A program made the position numbers and the translations under genes. 64,000 bases of DNA from Tubulanus polymorphus (taxonomy: Eukaryota; Animalia; Nemertea), in NCBI RefSeq assembly GCF_964204645.1, contig NC_134036.1:7416163-7480162 (forward strand), in the 5' to 3' direction. The notes beneath the pieces were generated by a model. The model was not told the origin of the DNA, searched no databases, and saw nothing but the letters and a program-made list of their open reading frames with translations. Of the stretch, positions 12,601 to 23,600 are shown in pieces. Numbering within the stretch: the first letter of the stretch is position 1; every line of letters starts with the position of its first letter.

Positions 12601-15600
12601 AAAAACGACTAAGTGCTGACCGGGCCATGAACAGCGTTACGACCCGGCACCGGTCAGGAAGGGAGGGAGGGTGGCAGTAGGACGGTCGTCCGTTCGTTCG
12701 TCAGTGTGCCGGCGGTGGTAGTTCGAAAAACGACTAAGTGCTGACCGGGCCTTGATCAGCGTTACGACCCGGTGCAGTGAGGGAGGGAGGGAGGCAGTAG
12801 GTCGGTCGTCCATCCGTTCGTCAGTGTGCCGGCGGTGGTAGTTCGAAAAACGACTAAGTGCTGACCGGGCCTTGATCAGCGTTACGACCCGGTGCAGTGA
12901 GGGAGGGAGGGAGGCAGTAGGTCGGTCGTCCGTCCGTTCGTCAGTGTGCCGGCGGTGGTTGTTCGAAAAACGACTATGTGCTGACCGGGCCTTGATCAGC
13001 GTTACGACCCGGTGCAGTTAGGGAGGGAGGGAGGGAGGAACTAGGACAGTCGTCCGCCCGTTAGTCAGTGTGTCGGCGGTTGTTGTTCGAAAAACGACTA
13101 AGTGCTGACCGGGCCATGAACAGCGTTACGACCCGGCACCGGTCAGGAAGGGAGGGAGGGTGGCAGTAGGTCGGTCGTCCGTTCGTTGGTCAGTGTGCCG
13201 GCGGTGGTAGTTCGAAAAACGACTAAGTGCTGACCGGGCCTTGATCAGCGTTACGACCCGGTGCAGTGAGGCAGGGTGGGAGGCAGTAGGTCGGTCGTCC
13301 GTCCGTTCGTCAGTGTGCCGGCGGTGGTAGTTCGAAAAACGACTAAGTGCTGACCGGGCCATGAACAGCGTTACGACCCGGCACCGGTCAGGAAGGGAGG
13401 GAGGGTGGCAGTAGGTCGGTCGTCCATCCGTTCGTCAGTGTGCCGGCGGTGGTAGTTCGAAAAACGACTAAGTGCTGACCGGGCCTTGATCAGCGTTACG
13501 ACCCGGTACAGTGAGGGAGGGAGGGAGGCAGTAGGTCGGTCGTCCGTCCGTTCGTCAGTGTGCCGGCGGTGGTTGTTCGAAAAACGACTAAGTGCTGACC
13601 GGGTTATGATCAGCGTTACGACCCGGTGCAGTGAGGGAGGGAGGGAGGGAGGCAGTAGGTCGGTCGTCCATCCGTTCGTCAGTGTGCCGGCGATGGTTGT
13701 TCGAAAAACGACTAAGTGCTGACCGGGCCTTGATCAGCGTTACGACCCGGTGCAGTGAGGGAGGGAGGGAGGGAGGCAGTAGGTCGGTCGTCCATCCGTT
13801 CGTCAGTGTGCCGGCGGTGGTTGTTCGAAAAACGACTAAGTGCTGACCGGGCCATGATCAGCGTTACGACCCGGTGCAGTGAGGGAGGGAGGGAGGCACT
13901 AGGACAGTCGTCCGCCCGTTAGTCAGTGTGTCGGCGGTTGTTGTTCGAAAAACGACTAAGTGCTGACCGGGCCATGAACAGCGTTACGACCCGGCACCGG
14001 TCAGGGAGGATGGGAGGGAGGCAGTAGGTCGGTCGTCCGTCCGTTCGTCATTGTGCCGGCGGTGGTTGTTCGAAAAACGACTAAGTGCTGAGCGGGCCTT
14101 GATCAGCGTTACGACCCGGTGCAGTGAGGGAGGGAGGGAGGCACTAGGACAGTCGTCCGCCCGTTAGTCAGTGTGTCGGCGGTTGTTGTTCGAAAAACGA
14201 CTAAGTGCTGACCGGGCCTTGATCAGCGTTACGACCCGGCACCGGTCAGGGAGGGAGGGAGGGAGGCAGTAGGTCGGTCGTCCGTCCGTTCGTCAGTGTG
14301 CCGCTGGTGGTTGTTCGAAAAACGACTAAGTTCTGACCGGGCCTTGATCAGCGTTACGACCCGGAGCATTGAGGGAGGGAGGGAGGCAGTAGGTCGGTCG
14401 TCCGTCCGTTTGTCAGTGTGCCGGCAGTGATGGTTGTTCGAAAAAATGACTAAGGGCTGACCGGGCCTTGATCAGCGTTACGACCCGGCGCTGGTCAGGG
14501 CGGGAGGGAGGGAGGCAGTAGGTCGGTCGTCCATCCGTTCGTCAGTGTGCCGGCGGTGGTAGTTCGAAAAACGACTAAGTACTGACCGGGCCTAGATCAG
14601 CGTTACGACCCGGTGCAGTGAGGGAGGGAGGGAGGCAGTAGGTCGGTCGTCCGTCCGGTCGTCAGTGTGCCGGCGGTGGTTGTTCGAAAAACGACTAAGT
14701 GCTGACCGGGCCATGATCAGCGTTACGACCCGGTGCAGTGAGGGAGGGAGGGAGGAACTAGGACAGTCGTCCGCCCGTTAGTCAGTGTGTCGGCGGTTGT
14801 TGTTCGAAAAACGACTAAGTGCTGACCGGGCCTTGATCAGCGTTACGACCCGGCGCAGTGAGGGAGGGAGGGAGGGAGGCAGTAGGTCGGTCGTCCATCC
14901 GTTCGTCAGTGTGCCGGCGGTGGTTGTTCGAAAAACGACTAAGTGCTGACCGGGCCTTGATCAGCGTTACGACCCGGTGCAGTGAGGGAGGGAGGGAGGC
15001 AGTAGGTCGGTCGTCCATCCGTTCGTCAGTGTGCCGGCGGTGGTAGTTCGAAAAACGACTAAGTGCTGACCGGGCCTTGATCAGCGTTACGACCCGGTGC
15101 AGTGAGGGAGGGAGGGAGGGAGGCAGTAGGTCGGTCGTCCATCCGTTCGTCAGTGTGCCGGCGGTGGTTGTTCGAAAAACGACTAAGTGCTGACCGGGCC
15201 ATGATCAGCGTTACGACCCGGTGCAGTGAGGGAGGGAGGGAGGCACTAGGACAGTCGTCCGCCCGTTAGTCAGTGTGTCGGCGGTTGTTGTTCGAAAAAC
15301 GACTAAGTGCTGACCGGGCCATGAACAGCGTTACGACCCGGCACCGGTCAGGGAGGGAGGCAGTAGGTCGGTCGTCCGTCCGTTCGTCATTGTGCCGGCG
15401 GTGGTAGTTCGAAAAACGACTAAGTGCTGACCGGGCCTTGATCAGCGTTACGACCCGGAGCATTGAGGGAGGGAGGGAGGGAGGCAGTAGGTCGGTCGTC
15501 CGTCCGTTTGTCAGTGTGCCGGCAGCGATGGTTGTTCGAAAAATGACTAAGGGCTGACCGGGCCTTGATCAGCGTTACGACCCGGAGCATTGAGGGAGGG

Positions 15601-16286
15601 AGGGAGGCAGTAGGTCGGTCGTCCATCCGTTCGTCAGTGTGCCGGCGGTGGTAGTTCGAAAAACGACTAAGTGCTGACCGGGCCTAGATCAGCGTTACGA
15701 CCCGGTGCAGTGAGGGAGGGAGGGAGGCAGTAGGTCGGTCGTCCGTCCGGTCGTCAGTGTGCCGGCGGTGGTTGTTCGAAAAACGACTAAGTGCTGACCG
15801 GGCCATGAACAGCGTTACGACCCGGCACCGGTCAGGAAGGGAGGGAGGGTGGCAGTAGGTCGGTCGTCCGTCCGTTCGTCAGTGTGCCGGCGGTGGTTGT
15901 TCGAAAAACGACTTAGTGCTGACCGGGCCTTGATCAGCGTTACGACCCGGAGCAGTGAGGGAGGGAGGGAGGCAGTAGGTCGGTCGTCCGTCCGTTCGCC
16001 AGTGAGCCGGCGGTGGTTGTTCGAAAAACGACTAATTGCTGACCGGGCCTTGATCAGCGTTACGACCCGGAGCATTGAGGGAGGGAGGGAGGCAGTAGGT
16101 CGGTCGTCCGTCCGTTTGTCAGTGTGCCGGCAGTGATGGTTGTTCGAAAAACGACTAAGGGCTGACCGGGCCATGAACAGCGTTACGACCCGGCACCGGT
16201 CAGGAAGGGAGGGAGGGTGGCAGTAGGTCGGTCGTCCGTCCGTTCGTCAGTGTGCCGGCGGTGGTTGTTCGAAAAACGACTAAGTG

Positions 16287-16323
16287 CTGACCGGGCCTTG
16301 ATCAGCGTTACGACCCGGTGCAG
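16287..16323. other. Representative ~37-bp imperfect inverted repeat present in every monomer (CTGACCGGGCCTTGAT-CAGC-GTTACGACCCGGT(G)CAG)
   Basis: Arm ACCGGG pairs with CCCGGT, extends outward to CTG/CAG across a 1-nt bulge, and extends inward with mismatches and G-T pairs around a CAGC loop. Confidence 0.8.
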
Positions 16324-16407
16324 TGAGGGAGGGAGGGAGGCAGTAGGTCGGTCGTCCGTCCGTTCGTCAGTGTGCCGGCGGTGGTTGTTCGAAAAACGAC
16401 TAAGTGC
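16288..16407 (+). repeat. Reference 120-bp consensus monomer (most common type)
   Basis: Read directly; the next monomer starts in exact 120-bp register at 16408. Confidence 0.95.
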
Positions 16408-19400
16408 TGACCGGGCCTTGATCAGCGTTACGACCCGGTGCAGTGAGGGAGGGAGGGAGGCAGTAGGTCGGTCGTCCATCCGTTCGTCAGTGTGCCGGCG
16501 GGGGTAGTTCGAAAAACGACTAAGTGCTGACCGGGCCTTGATCAGCGTTACGACCCGGTGCAGTGAGGGAGGGAGGGAGGCAGTAGGTCGGTCGTCCGTC
16601 CGTTCGTCAGTGTGCCGGCGGTGGTTGTTCGAAAAACGACTATGTGCTGACCGGGCCTTGATCAGCGTTACGACCCGGTGCAGTTAGGGAGGGAGGGAGG
16701 GAGGCAGTAGGTCCGTCGTCCGCCCGTTAGTCAGTGTGTCGGCGGTTGTTGTTCGAAAAACGACTAAGTGCTGACCGGGCCATGAACAGCGTTACGACCC
16801 GGCACCGGTCAGGAAGGGAGGGAGGGTGGCAGTAGGACGGTCGTCCGTTCGTTCGTCAGTGTGCCGGCGGTGGTAGTTCGAAAAACGACTAAGTGCTGAC
16901 CGGGCCTTGATCAGCGTTACGACCCGGTGCAGTGAGGGAGGGAGGGAGGGAGGCAGTAGGTCGGTCGTCCATCCATTCGTCAGTGTGCCGGCGGTGGTAG
17001 TTCGAAAAACGACTAAGTGCTGACCGGGCCTTGATCAGCGTTACGACCCGGTGCAGTGAGGGAGGGAGGGAGGCAGTAGGTCGGTCGTCCGTCCGTTCGT
17101 CAGTGTGCCGGCGGTGGTTGTTCGAAAAACGACTATGTGCTGACCGGGCCTTGATCAGCGTTACGACCCGGTGCAGTTAGGGAGGGAGGGAGGGAGGAAC
17201 TAGGACAGTCGTCCGCCCGTTAGTCAGTGTGTCGGCGGTTGTTGTTCGAAAAACGACTAAGTGCTGACCGGGCCATGAACAGCGTTACGACCCGGCACCG
17301 GTCAGGAAGGGAGGGAGGGTGGCAGTAGGTCGGTCGTCCGTTCGTTGGTCAGTGTGCCGGCGGTGGTAGTTCGAAAAACGACTAAGTGCTGACCGGGCCT
17401 TGATCAGCGTTACGACCCGTTGCAGTGAGGCAGGGTGGGAGGCAGTAGGTCGGTCGTCCGTCCGTTCGTCAGTGTGCCGGCGGTGGTAGTTCGAAAAACG
17501 ACTAAGTGCTGACCGGGCCATGAACAGCGTTACGACCCGGCACCGGTCAGGAAGGGAGGGAGGGTGGCAGTAGGTCGGTCGTCCATCCGTTCGTCAGTGT
17601 GCCGGCGGTGGTAGTTCGAAAAACGACTAAGTGCTGACCGGGCCTTGATCAGCGTTACGACCCGGTACAGTGAGGGAGGGAGGGAGGCAGTAGGTCGGTC
17701 GTCCGTCCGTTCGTCAGTGTGCCGGCGGTGGTTGTTCGAAAAACGACTAAGTGCTGACCGGGTTATGATCAGCGTTACGACCCGGTGCAGTGAGGGAGGG
17801 AGGGAGGGAGGCAGTAGGTCGGTCGTCCGTCCGTTCGTCAGTGTGCCGGCGGTGGTAGTTCGAAAAACGACTAAGTGCTGACCGGGCCTTGATCAGCGTT
17901 ACGACCCGGAGCATTGAGGGAGGGAGGGAGGGAGGCAGTAGGTCGGTCGTCCGTCCGTTTGTCAGTGTGCCGGCAGTGATGGTTGTTCGAAAAAATGACT
18001 AAGGGCTGACCGGGCCTTGATCAGCGTTACGACCCGGCGCTGGTCAGGGCGGGAGGGAGGGAGGCAGTAGGTCGGTCGTCCATCCGTTCGTCAGTGTGCC
18101 GGCGGTGGTAGTTCGAAAAACGACTAAGTGCTGACCGGGCCTAGATCAGCGTTACGACCCGGTGCAGTGAGGGAGGGAGGGAGGCAGTAGGTCGGTCGTC
18201 CGTCCGGTCGTCAATGTGCTGGCGGTGGTTGTTCGAAAAACGACTAAGTGCTGACCGGGCCATGATCAGCGTTACGACCCGGTGCAGTGAGGGAGGGAGG
18301 GAGGAACTAGGACAGTCGTCCGCCCGTTAGTCAGTGTGTCGGCGGTTGTTGTTCGAAAAACGACTAAGTGCTGACCGGGCCATGAACAGCGTTACGACCC
18401 GGCACCGGTCAGGAAGGGAGGGAGGGTGGCAGTAGGTCGGTCGTCCGTTCGTTGGTCAGTGTGCCGGCGGTGGTAGTTCGAAAAACGACTAAGTGCTGAC
18501 CGGGCCTTGATCAGCGTTACGACCCGGAGCATTGAGGGAGGGAGGGAGGCAGTAGGTCGGTCGTCCGTCCGTTTGTCAGTGTGCCGGCAGTGATGGTTGT
18601 TCGAAAAACGACTAAGGGCTGACCGGGCCTTAATCAGCGTTACGACCCGGCGCTGGTCAGGGAGGGAGGGAGGGAGGCAGTAGGTCGGTCGTCCATCCGT
18701 TCGTCAGTGTGCCGGCAGTGATGGTTGTTCGAAAAACGACTAAGTGCTGACCGGGCCTTGATCAGCGTTACGACCCGGTGCAGTGAGGGAGGGAGGGAGG
18801 CAGTAGGTTGTTCGTCCGTCCGTTCGTCAGTGTGCCGGCGGTGGTTGTTCGAAAAACGACTAAGTGCTGACCGGGCCTTGATCAGCGTTACGACCCGGTG
18901 CAGTGAGGGAGGGAGGGAGGCAGTAGGTTGGTCGTCCATCCGTTCGTCAGTGTGCCGGCGGTGGTAGTTCGAAAAACGACTAAGTGCTGACCGGGCCTAG
19001 ATCAGCGTTACGACCCGGTGCAGTGAGGGAGGGAGGGAGGCAGTAGGTCGGTCGTCCGTCCGGTCGTCAGTGTGCCGGCGGTGGTTGTTCGAAAAACGAC
19101 TAAGTGCTGACCGGGCCATGAACAGCGTTACGACCCGGCACCGGTCAGGAAGGGAGGGAGGGTGGCAGTAGGTCGGTCGTCCGTCCGTTCGTCAGTGTGC
19201 CGGCGGTGGTTGTTCGAAAAACGACTTAGTGCTGACCGGGCCTTGATCAGCGTTACGACCCGGAGCAGTGAGGGAGGGAGGGAAGCAGTAGGTCGGTCGT
19301 CCGTCCGTTCGCCAGTGAGCCGGCGGTGGTTGTTCGAAAAACGACTAAGTGCTGACCGGGCCTTGATCAGCGTTACGACCCGGAGCATTGAGGGAGGGAG

Positions 19401-20619
19401 GGAGGCAGTAGGTCGGTCGTCCGTCCGTTTGTCAGTGTGCCGGCAGTGATGGTTGTTCGAAAAACGACTAAGGGCTGACCGGGCCATGAACAGCGTTACG
19501 ACCCGGCACCGGTCAGGAAGGGAGGGAGGGTGGCAGTAGGTCGGTCGTCCGTCCGTTCGTCAGTGTGCCGGCGGTGGTTGTTCGAAAAACGACTAAGTGC
19601 TGACCGGGCCTTGATCAGCGTTACGACCCGGTGCAGTGAGGGAGGGAGGGAGGCAGTAGGTCGGTCGTCCGTCCGTTCGTCAGTGTGCCGGCGGTGGTTG
19701 TTCGAAAAACGCCTAAGTGCTGACCGGATCTTGATCAGCGTTACGACCCGGTGCAGTGAGGGAGGGAGGGAGGGAGGCAGTAGGTCGGTCGTCCATCCGT
19801 TCGTCAGTGTGCCGGCGGTGGTTGTTCGAAAAACGACTAAGTGCTGACCGGGCCTTGATCAGCGTTACGACCCGGTGCAGTGAGGGAGGGAGGGAGGCAG
19901 TAGGTCGGTCGTCCGTCCGTTCGTCAGTGTGCCGGCGGTGGTTGTTCGAAAAACGACTAAGTGCTGACCGGGCCTTGATCAGCGTTACGACCCGGCACCG
20001 GTCAGGGAGGGAGGGAGGGAGGCAGTAGGTCGGTCGTCCGTCCGTCCGTTCGTCATTGTGCCGGCGGTGATTGTTCGAAAAACGACTAAGTGCTGACCGG
20101 GCCTTAATCAGCGTTACGACCAGGCACCGGTCAGGGAGGGAGGGAGGGAGGCAGTAGGTCGGTCGTCCATCCGTTCGTCAGTGTGCCGGCGGTGGTAGTT
20201 CGAAAAACGACTAAGTGCTGACCGGGCCTAGATCAGCGTTACGACCCGTTGCAGTGAGGGAGGGAGGGAGGCAGTAGGTCGGTCGTCCGTCCGGTCGTCA
20301 GTGTGCCGGCGGTGGTTGTTCGAAAAACGACTAAGTGCTGACCGGGCCTTGATCAGCGTTACGACCCGGTGCAGTGAGGGAGGGAGGGAGGCACTAGGAC
20401 AGTCGTCCGCCCGTTAGTCAGTGTGTCGGCGGTTGTTGTTCGAAAAACGACTAAGTGCTGACCGGGCCATGAACAGCGTTACGACCCGGCACCGGTCAGG
20501 AAGGGAGGGAGGGTGGCAGTAGGTCGGTCGTCCGTCCGTTCGTCAGTGTGCCGGCGGTGGTTGTTCGAAAAACGAATAAGTGCTGACCGGGCCTTAATCA
20601 GCGTTACGACCCGGCACCG

Positions 20620-23600
20620 GTCAGGGAGGGAGGGAGGGAGGCAGTAGGTCGGTCGTCCGTCCGTTCGTCATTGTGCCGGCGGTGATAGTTCGAAAAACGA
20701 CTAAGTGCTGACCGGGCCTTGATCAGCGTTACGACCCGGTGCAGTGAGGGAGGGAGGGAGGGAGGAACTAGGACAGTCGTCCGCCCGTTAGTCAGTGTGT
20801 CGGCGGTTGTTGTTCGAAAAACGACTAAGTGCTGACCGGGCCATGAACAGCGTTACGACCCGGCACCGGTCAGGAAGGGAGGGAGGGTGGCAGTAGGTCG
20901 GTCGTCCGTTCGTTGGTCAGTGTGCCGGCGGTGGTAGTTCGAAAAACGACTAAGTGCTGACCGGGCCTTGATCAGCGTTACGACCCGGTGCAGTGAGGGA
21001 GGGAGGGAGGGAGGCAGTAGGTCGGTCGTCCGTCCGTTCGTCAGTGTGCCGGCGGTGGTAGTTCGAAAAACGACTAAGTGCTGACCGGGCCATGAACAGC
21101 GTTACGACCCGGCACCGGTCAGGAAGGGAGGGAGGGTGGCAGTAGGTCGGTCGTCCATCCGTTCGTCAGTGTGCCGGCGGTGGTAGTTCGAAAAACGACT
21201 AAGTGCTGACCGGGCCTTGATCAGCGTTACGACCCGGCACAGTGAGGGAGGGAGGGAGGCAGTAGGTCGGTCGTCCGTCCGTTCGTCAGTGTGCCGGCGG
21301 TGGTTGTTCGAAAAACGACTAAGTGCTGACCGGGTCATGATCAGCGTTACGACCCGGTGCAGTGAGGGAGGGAGGGAGGGAGGCAGTAGGTCGGTCGTCC
21401 ATCCGTTCGTCAGTGTGCCGGCGATGGTTGTTCGAAAAACGACGAAGTGCTGACCGGGCCTTGATCAGCGTTACGACCCGGTGCAGTGAGGGAGGGAGGG
21501 AGGCACTAGGACAGTCGTCCGCCCGTTAGTCAGTGTGCCGGCGGTGGTTGTTCGAAAAACGACTAAGTGCTGACCGGGCCTTGATCAGCGTTACGACCCG
21601 GCACCGGTCAGGGAGGGAGGGAGGGAGGCAGTAGGTCGGTCGTCCGTCCGTTCGTCACTGTGCCGGCGGTGGTAGTTCGAAAAACGACTAAGTGCTGACC
21701 GGGCCTTGATCAGCGTTACGACCCGGAGCATTGAGGGAGGGAGGGAGGCAGTAGGTCGGTCGTCCGTCCGTTTGTCAGTGTGCCGGCAGTGATGGTTGTT
21801 CGAAAAAATGACTAAGGGCTGACCGGGCCTTGATCAGCGTTACGACCCGGCGCTGGTCAGGGCGGGAGGGAGGGAGGCAGTAGGTCGGTCGTCCATCCGT
21901 TCGTCAGTGTGCCGGCGGTGGTAGTTCGAAAAACGACTAAGTGCTGACCGGGCCTAGATCAGCGTTACGACCCGGTGCAGTGAGGGAGGGAGGGAGGCAG
22001 TAGGTCGGTCGTCCGTCCGGTCGTCAATGTGCTGGCGGTGGTTGTTCGAAAAACGACTAAGTGCTGACCGGGCCTTGATCAGCGTTACGACCCGGTGCAG
22101 TGAGGGAGGGAGGGAGGAACTAGGACAGTCGTCCGCCCGTTAGTCAGTGTGTCGGCGGTTGTTGTTCGAAAAACGACTAAGTGCTGACCGGGCCATGAAC
22201 AGCGTTACGACCCGGCACCGGTCAGGAAGGGAGGGAGGGTGGCAGTAGGTCGGTCGTCCGTTCGTTGGTCAGTGTGCCGGCGGTGGTAGTTCGAAAAACG
22301 ACTAAGTGCTGACCGGGCCTTGATCAGCGTTACGACCCGGTGCAGTGAGGGAGGGAGGGAGGTAGTAGGTCGGTCGTCCGTCCGTTCGTCAGTGTGCCGG
22401 CGGTGGTAGTTCGAAAAACGACTAAGTGCTGACCGGGCCATGAACAGCGTTACGACCCGGCACCGGTCAGGAAGGGAGGGAGGGTGGCAGTAGGTCGGTC
22501 GTCCATCCGTTCGTCAGTGTGCCGGCGGTGGTAGTTCGAAAAACGACTAAGTGCTGACCGGGCCTTGATCAGCGTTACGACCCGGTACAGTGAGGGAGGG
22601 AGGGAGGCAGTAGGTCGGTCGTCCGTCCGTTCGTCAGTTTGCCGGCGGTGGTTGTTCGAAAAACGACTAAGTGCTGACCGGGTCATGATCAGCGTTACGA
22701 CCCGGTGCAGTGAGGGAGGGAGGGAGGGAGGCAGTAGGTCGGTCGTCCATCCGTTCGTCAGTGTGCCGGCGATGGTTGTTCGAAAAACGACTAATTGCTG
22801 ACCGGGCCTTGATCAGCGTTACGACCCGGTGCAGTGAGGGAGGGAGGGAGGCACTAGGACAGTCGTCCGCCCGTTAGTCAGTGTGCCGGCGGTGGTTGTT
22901 CGAAAAACGACTAAGTGCTGACCGGGCCTTGATCAGCGTTACGACCCGGCACCGGTCAGGGAGGGAGGGAGGGAGGCAGTAGGTCGGTCGTCCGTCCGTT
23001 CGTCACTGTGCCGGCGGTGGTAGTTCGAAAAACGACTAAGTGCTGACCGGGCCTTGATCAGCGTTACGACCCGGAGCTTTGAGGGAGGGAGGGAGGCAGT
23101 AGGTCGGTCGTCCGTCCGTTTGTCAGTGTGCCGGCAGTGATGGTTGTTCGAAAAAATGACTAAGGGCTGACCGGGCCTTGATCAGCGTTACGACCCGGCG
23201 CTGGTCAGGGCGGGAGGGAGGGAGGCAGTAGGTCGGTCGTCCATCCGTTCGTCAGTGTGCCGGCGGTGGTAGTTCGAAAAACGACTAAGTGCTGACCGGG
23301 CCTAGATCAGCGTTACGACCCTGTGCAGTGAGGGAGGGAGGGAGGCAGTAGGTCGGTCGTCCGTCCGGTCGTCAGTGTGCCGGCGGTGGTTGTTCGAAAA
23401 ACGACTAAGTGCTGACCGGGCCATGATCAGCGTTACGACCCGGTGCAGTGAGGGTGGGAGGGAGGAACTAGGACAGTCGTCCGCCCGTTAGTCAGTGTGT
23501 CGGCGGTTGTTGTTCGAAAAACGACTAAGTGCTGACCGGGCCATGAACAGCGTTACGACCCGGCACCGGTCAGATAGGGAGGGAGGGTGGCAGTAGGTCG

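Noticed and set aside
16288-16407. Hammerhead ribozyme satellite (as in newt satellite 2 or schistosome Sm-alpha)
   Set aside because: The - strand has CTGACGA (CUGANGA) but only CGAAC rather than GAAA, and no convincing stem II. The + strand has CGAAA but CTGACCG, which does not fit the core. The two core halves are on opposite strands. An Infernal/Rfam search on a dimer would settle it.
16288-16407. 5S rRNA or tRNA/SINE-derived unit (120-bp length; TGGCAGTAGGTCGG and GTTCGAAAA resemble Pol III A and B boxes ~49 bp apart)
   Set aside because: There is no recognisable 5S similarity. The B-box-like motif lacks the conserved C of GTTCRANNC, no T-stem or cloverleaf forms, and the A-box-like motif is mis-spaced and present in only one subtype.
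22260-22276. CENP-B box (variant contains TTCGTTGG)
   Set aside because: The required TTCG-N4-A-N2-CGGG pattern is not met on either strand, here or at TTCGAAAAA.
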